This document shows, piece by piece, positions 63,804 through 64,000 of a stretch of DNA of 64,000 bases. The translations under genes were made by a program, and so were the position numbers. The DNA comes from Gammaproteobacteria bacterium (GTDB lineage: Bacteria > Pseudomonadota > Gammaproteobacteria > G965277405): the NCBI GenBank assembly GCA_965277405.1, contig OZ255726.1, positions 96,001-160,000 of the forward strand. The letters run 5' to 3'. How positions within the stretch are numbered: the first letter of the stretch is position 1; the number at the start of each line of letters is the position of its first letter. Below the pieces are notes generated by a model. That model saw only the letters and a list, made by a program, of their open reading frames with translations, did no database searches and had not been told where the DNA came from.

Positions 63804-64000
63804 TAGTAATAATGTTGTACCGCTGTATCATTGTATTGCTGTTATTTCAAAATACAGCAGTATTTGCAGCAGAGTCAATCTTTCTTTCAGACCACCGCAT
63901 TAAGCAAGACAGGCTTATTGAGGATTTTGTCAATGTTAATCTAGAGACGGTAGATAAACGATTTACTTTTTATGATATCCGCGCTAAAGCTCTGAATGGC

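Overview
Gammaproteobacterial chromosomal window made mostly of housekeeping and transport genes: aldehyde dehydrogenase, uppP, guaA, a TRAP system, two polyamine-type ABC systems, purB, serA, rpsL-rpsG-fusA, pheA, typA, mnmC, dnaX-ybaB-recR, hemJ, gshB, efp, tRNA-Arg and gmhA/diaA. The window is riddled with one ~285-305 bp non-coding MITE-like repeat (TIR GGAAGCTCTGATTAA). I count 8 full copies and about 13 fragments; they are mosaics of each other, donate start or stop codons to neighbouring genes, and bracket a tandem triplication of a Tat-exported binding-protein gene. Accessory content: (1) an AT-rich island after guaA with what reconstructs as a C5-methyltransferase/HpaII-type endonuclease fusion, broken by a 1-nt frameshift and an IS1595; (2) a solo tyrosine recombinase converging on a Fur-boxed TonB receptor plus hemophilin-like gene; (3) an ~11.4 kb lipoprotein gene with ~30 Cys-paired Ig-like repeats ending in a subtilase/P-domain whose catalytic Ser is replaced by Arg; (4) a RelBE-like pair with a dead toxin. 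All calls come from motif recognition by eye; no database searches were run.
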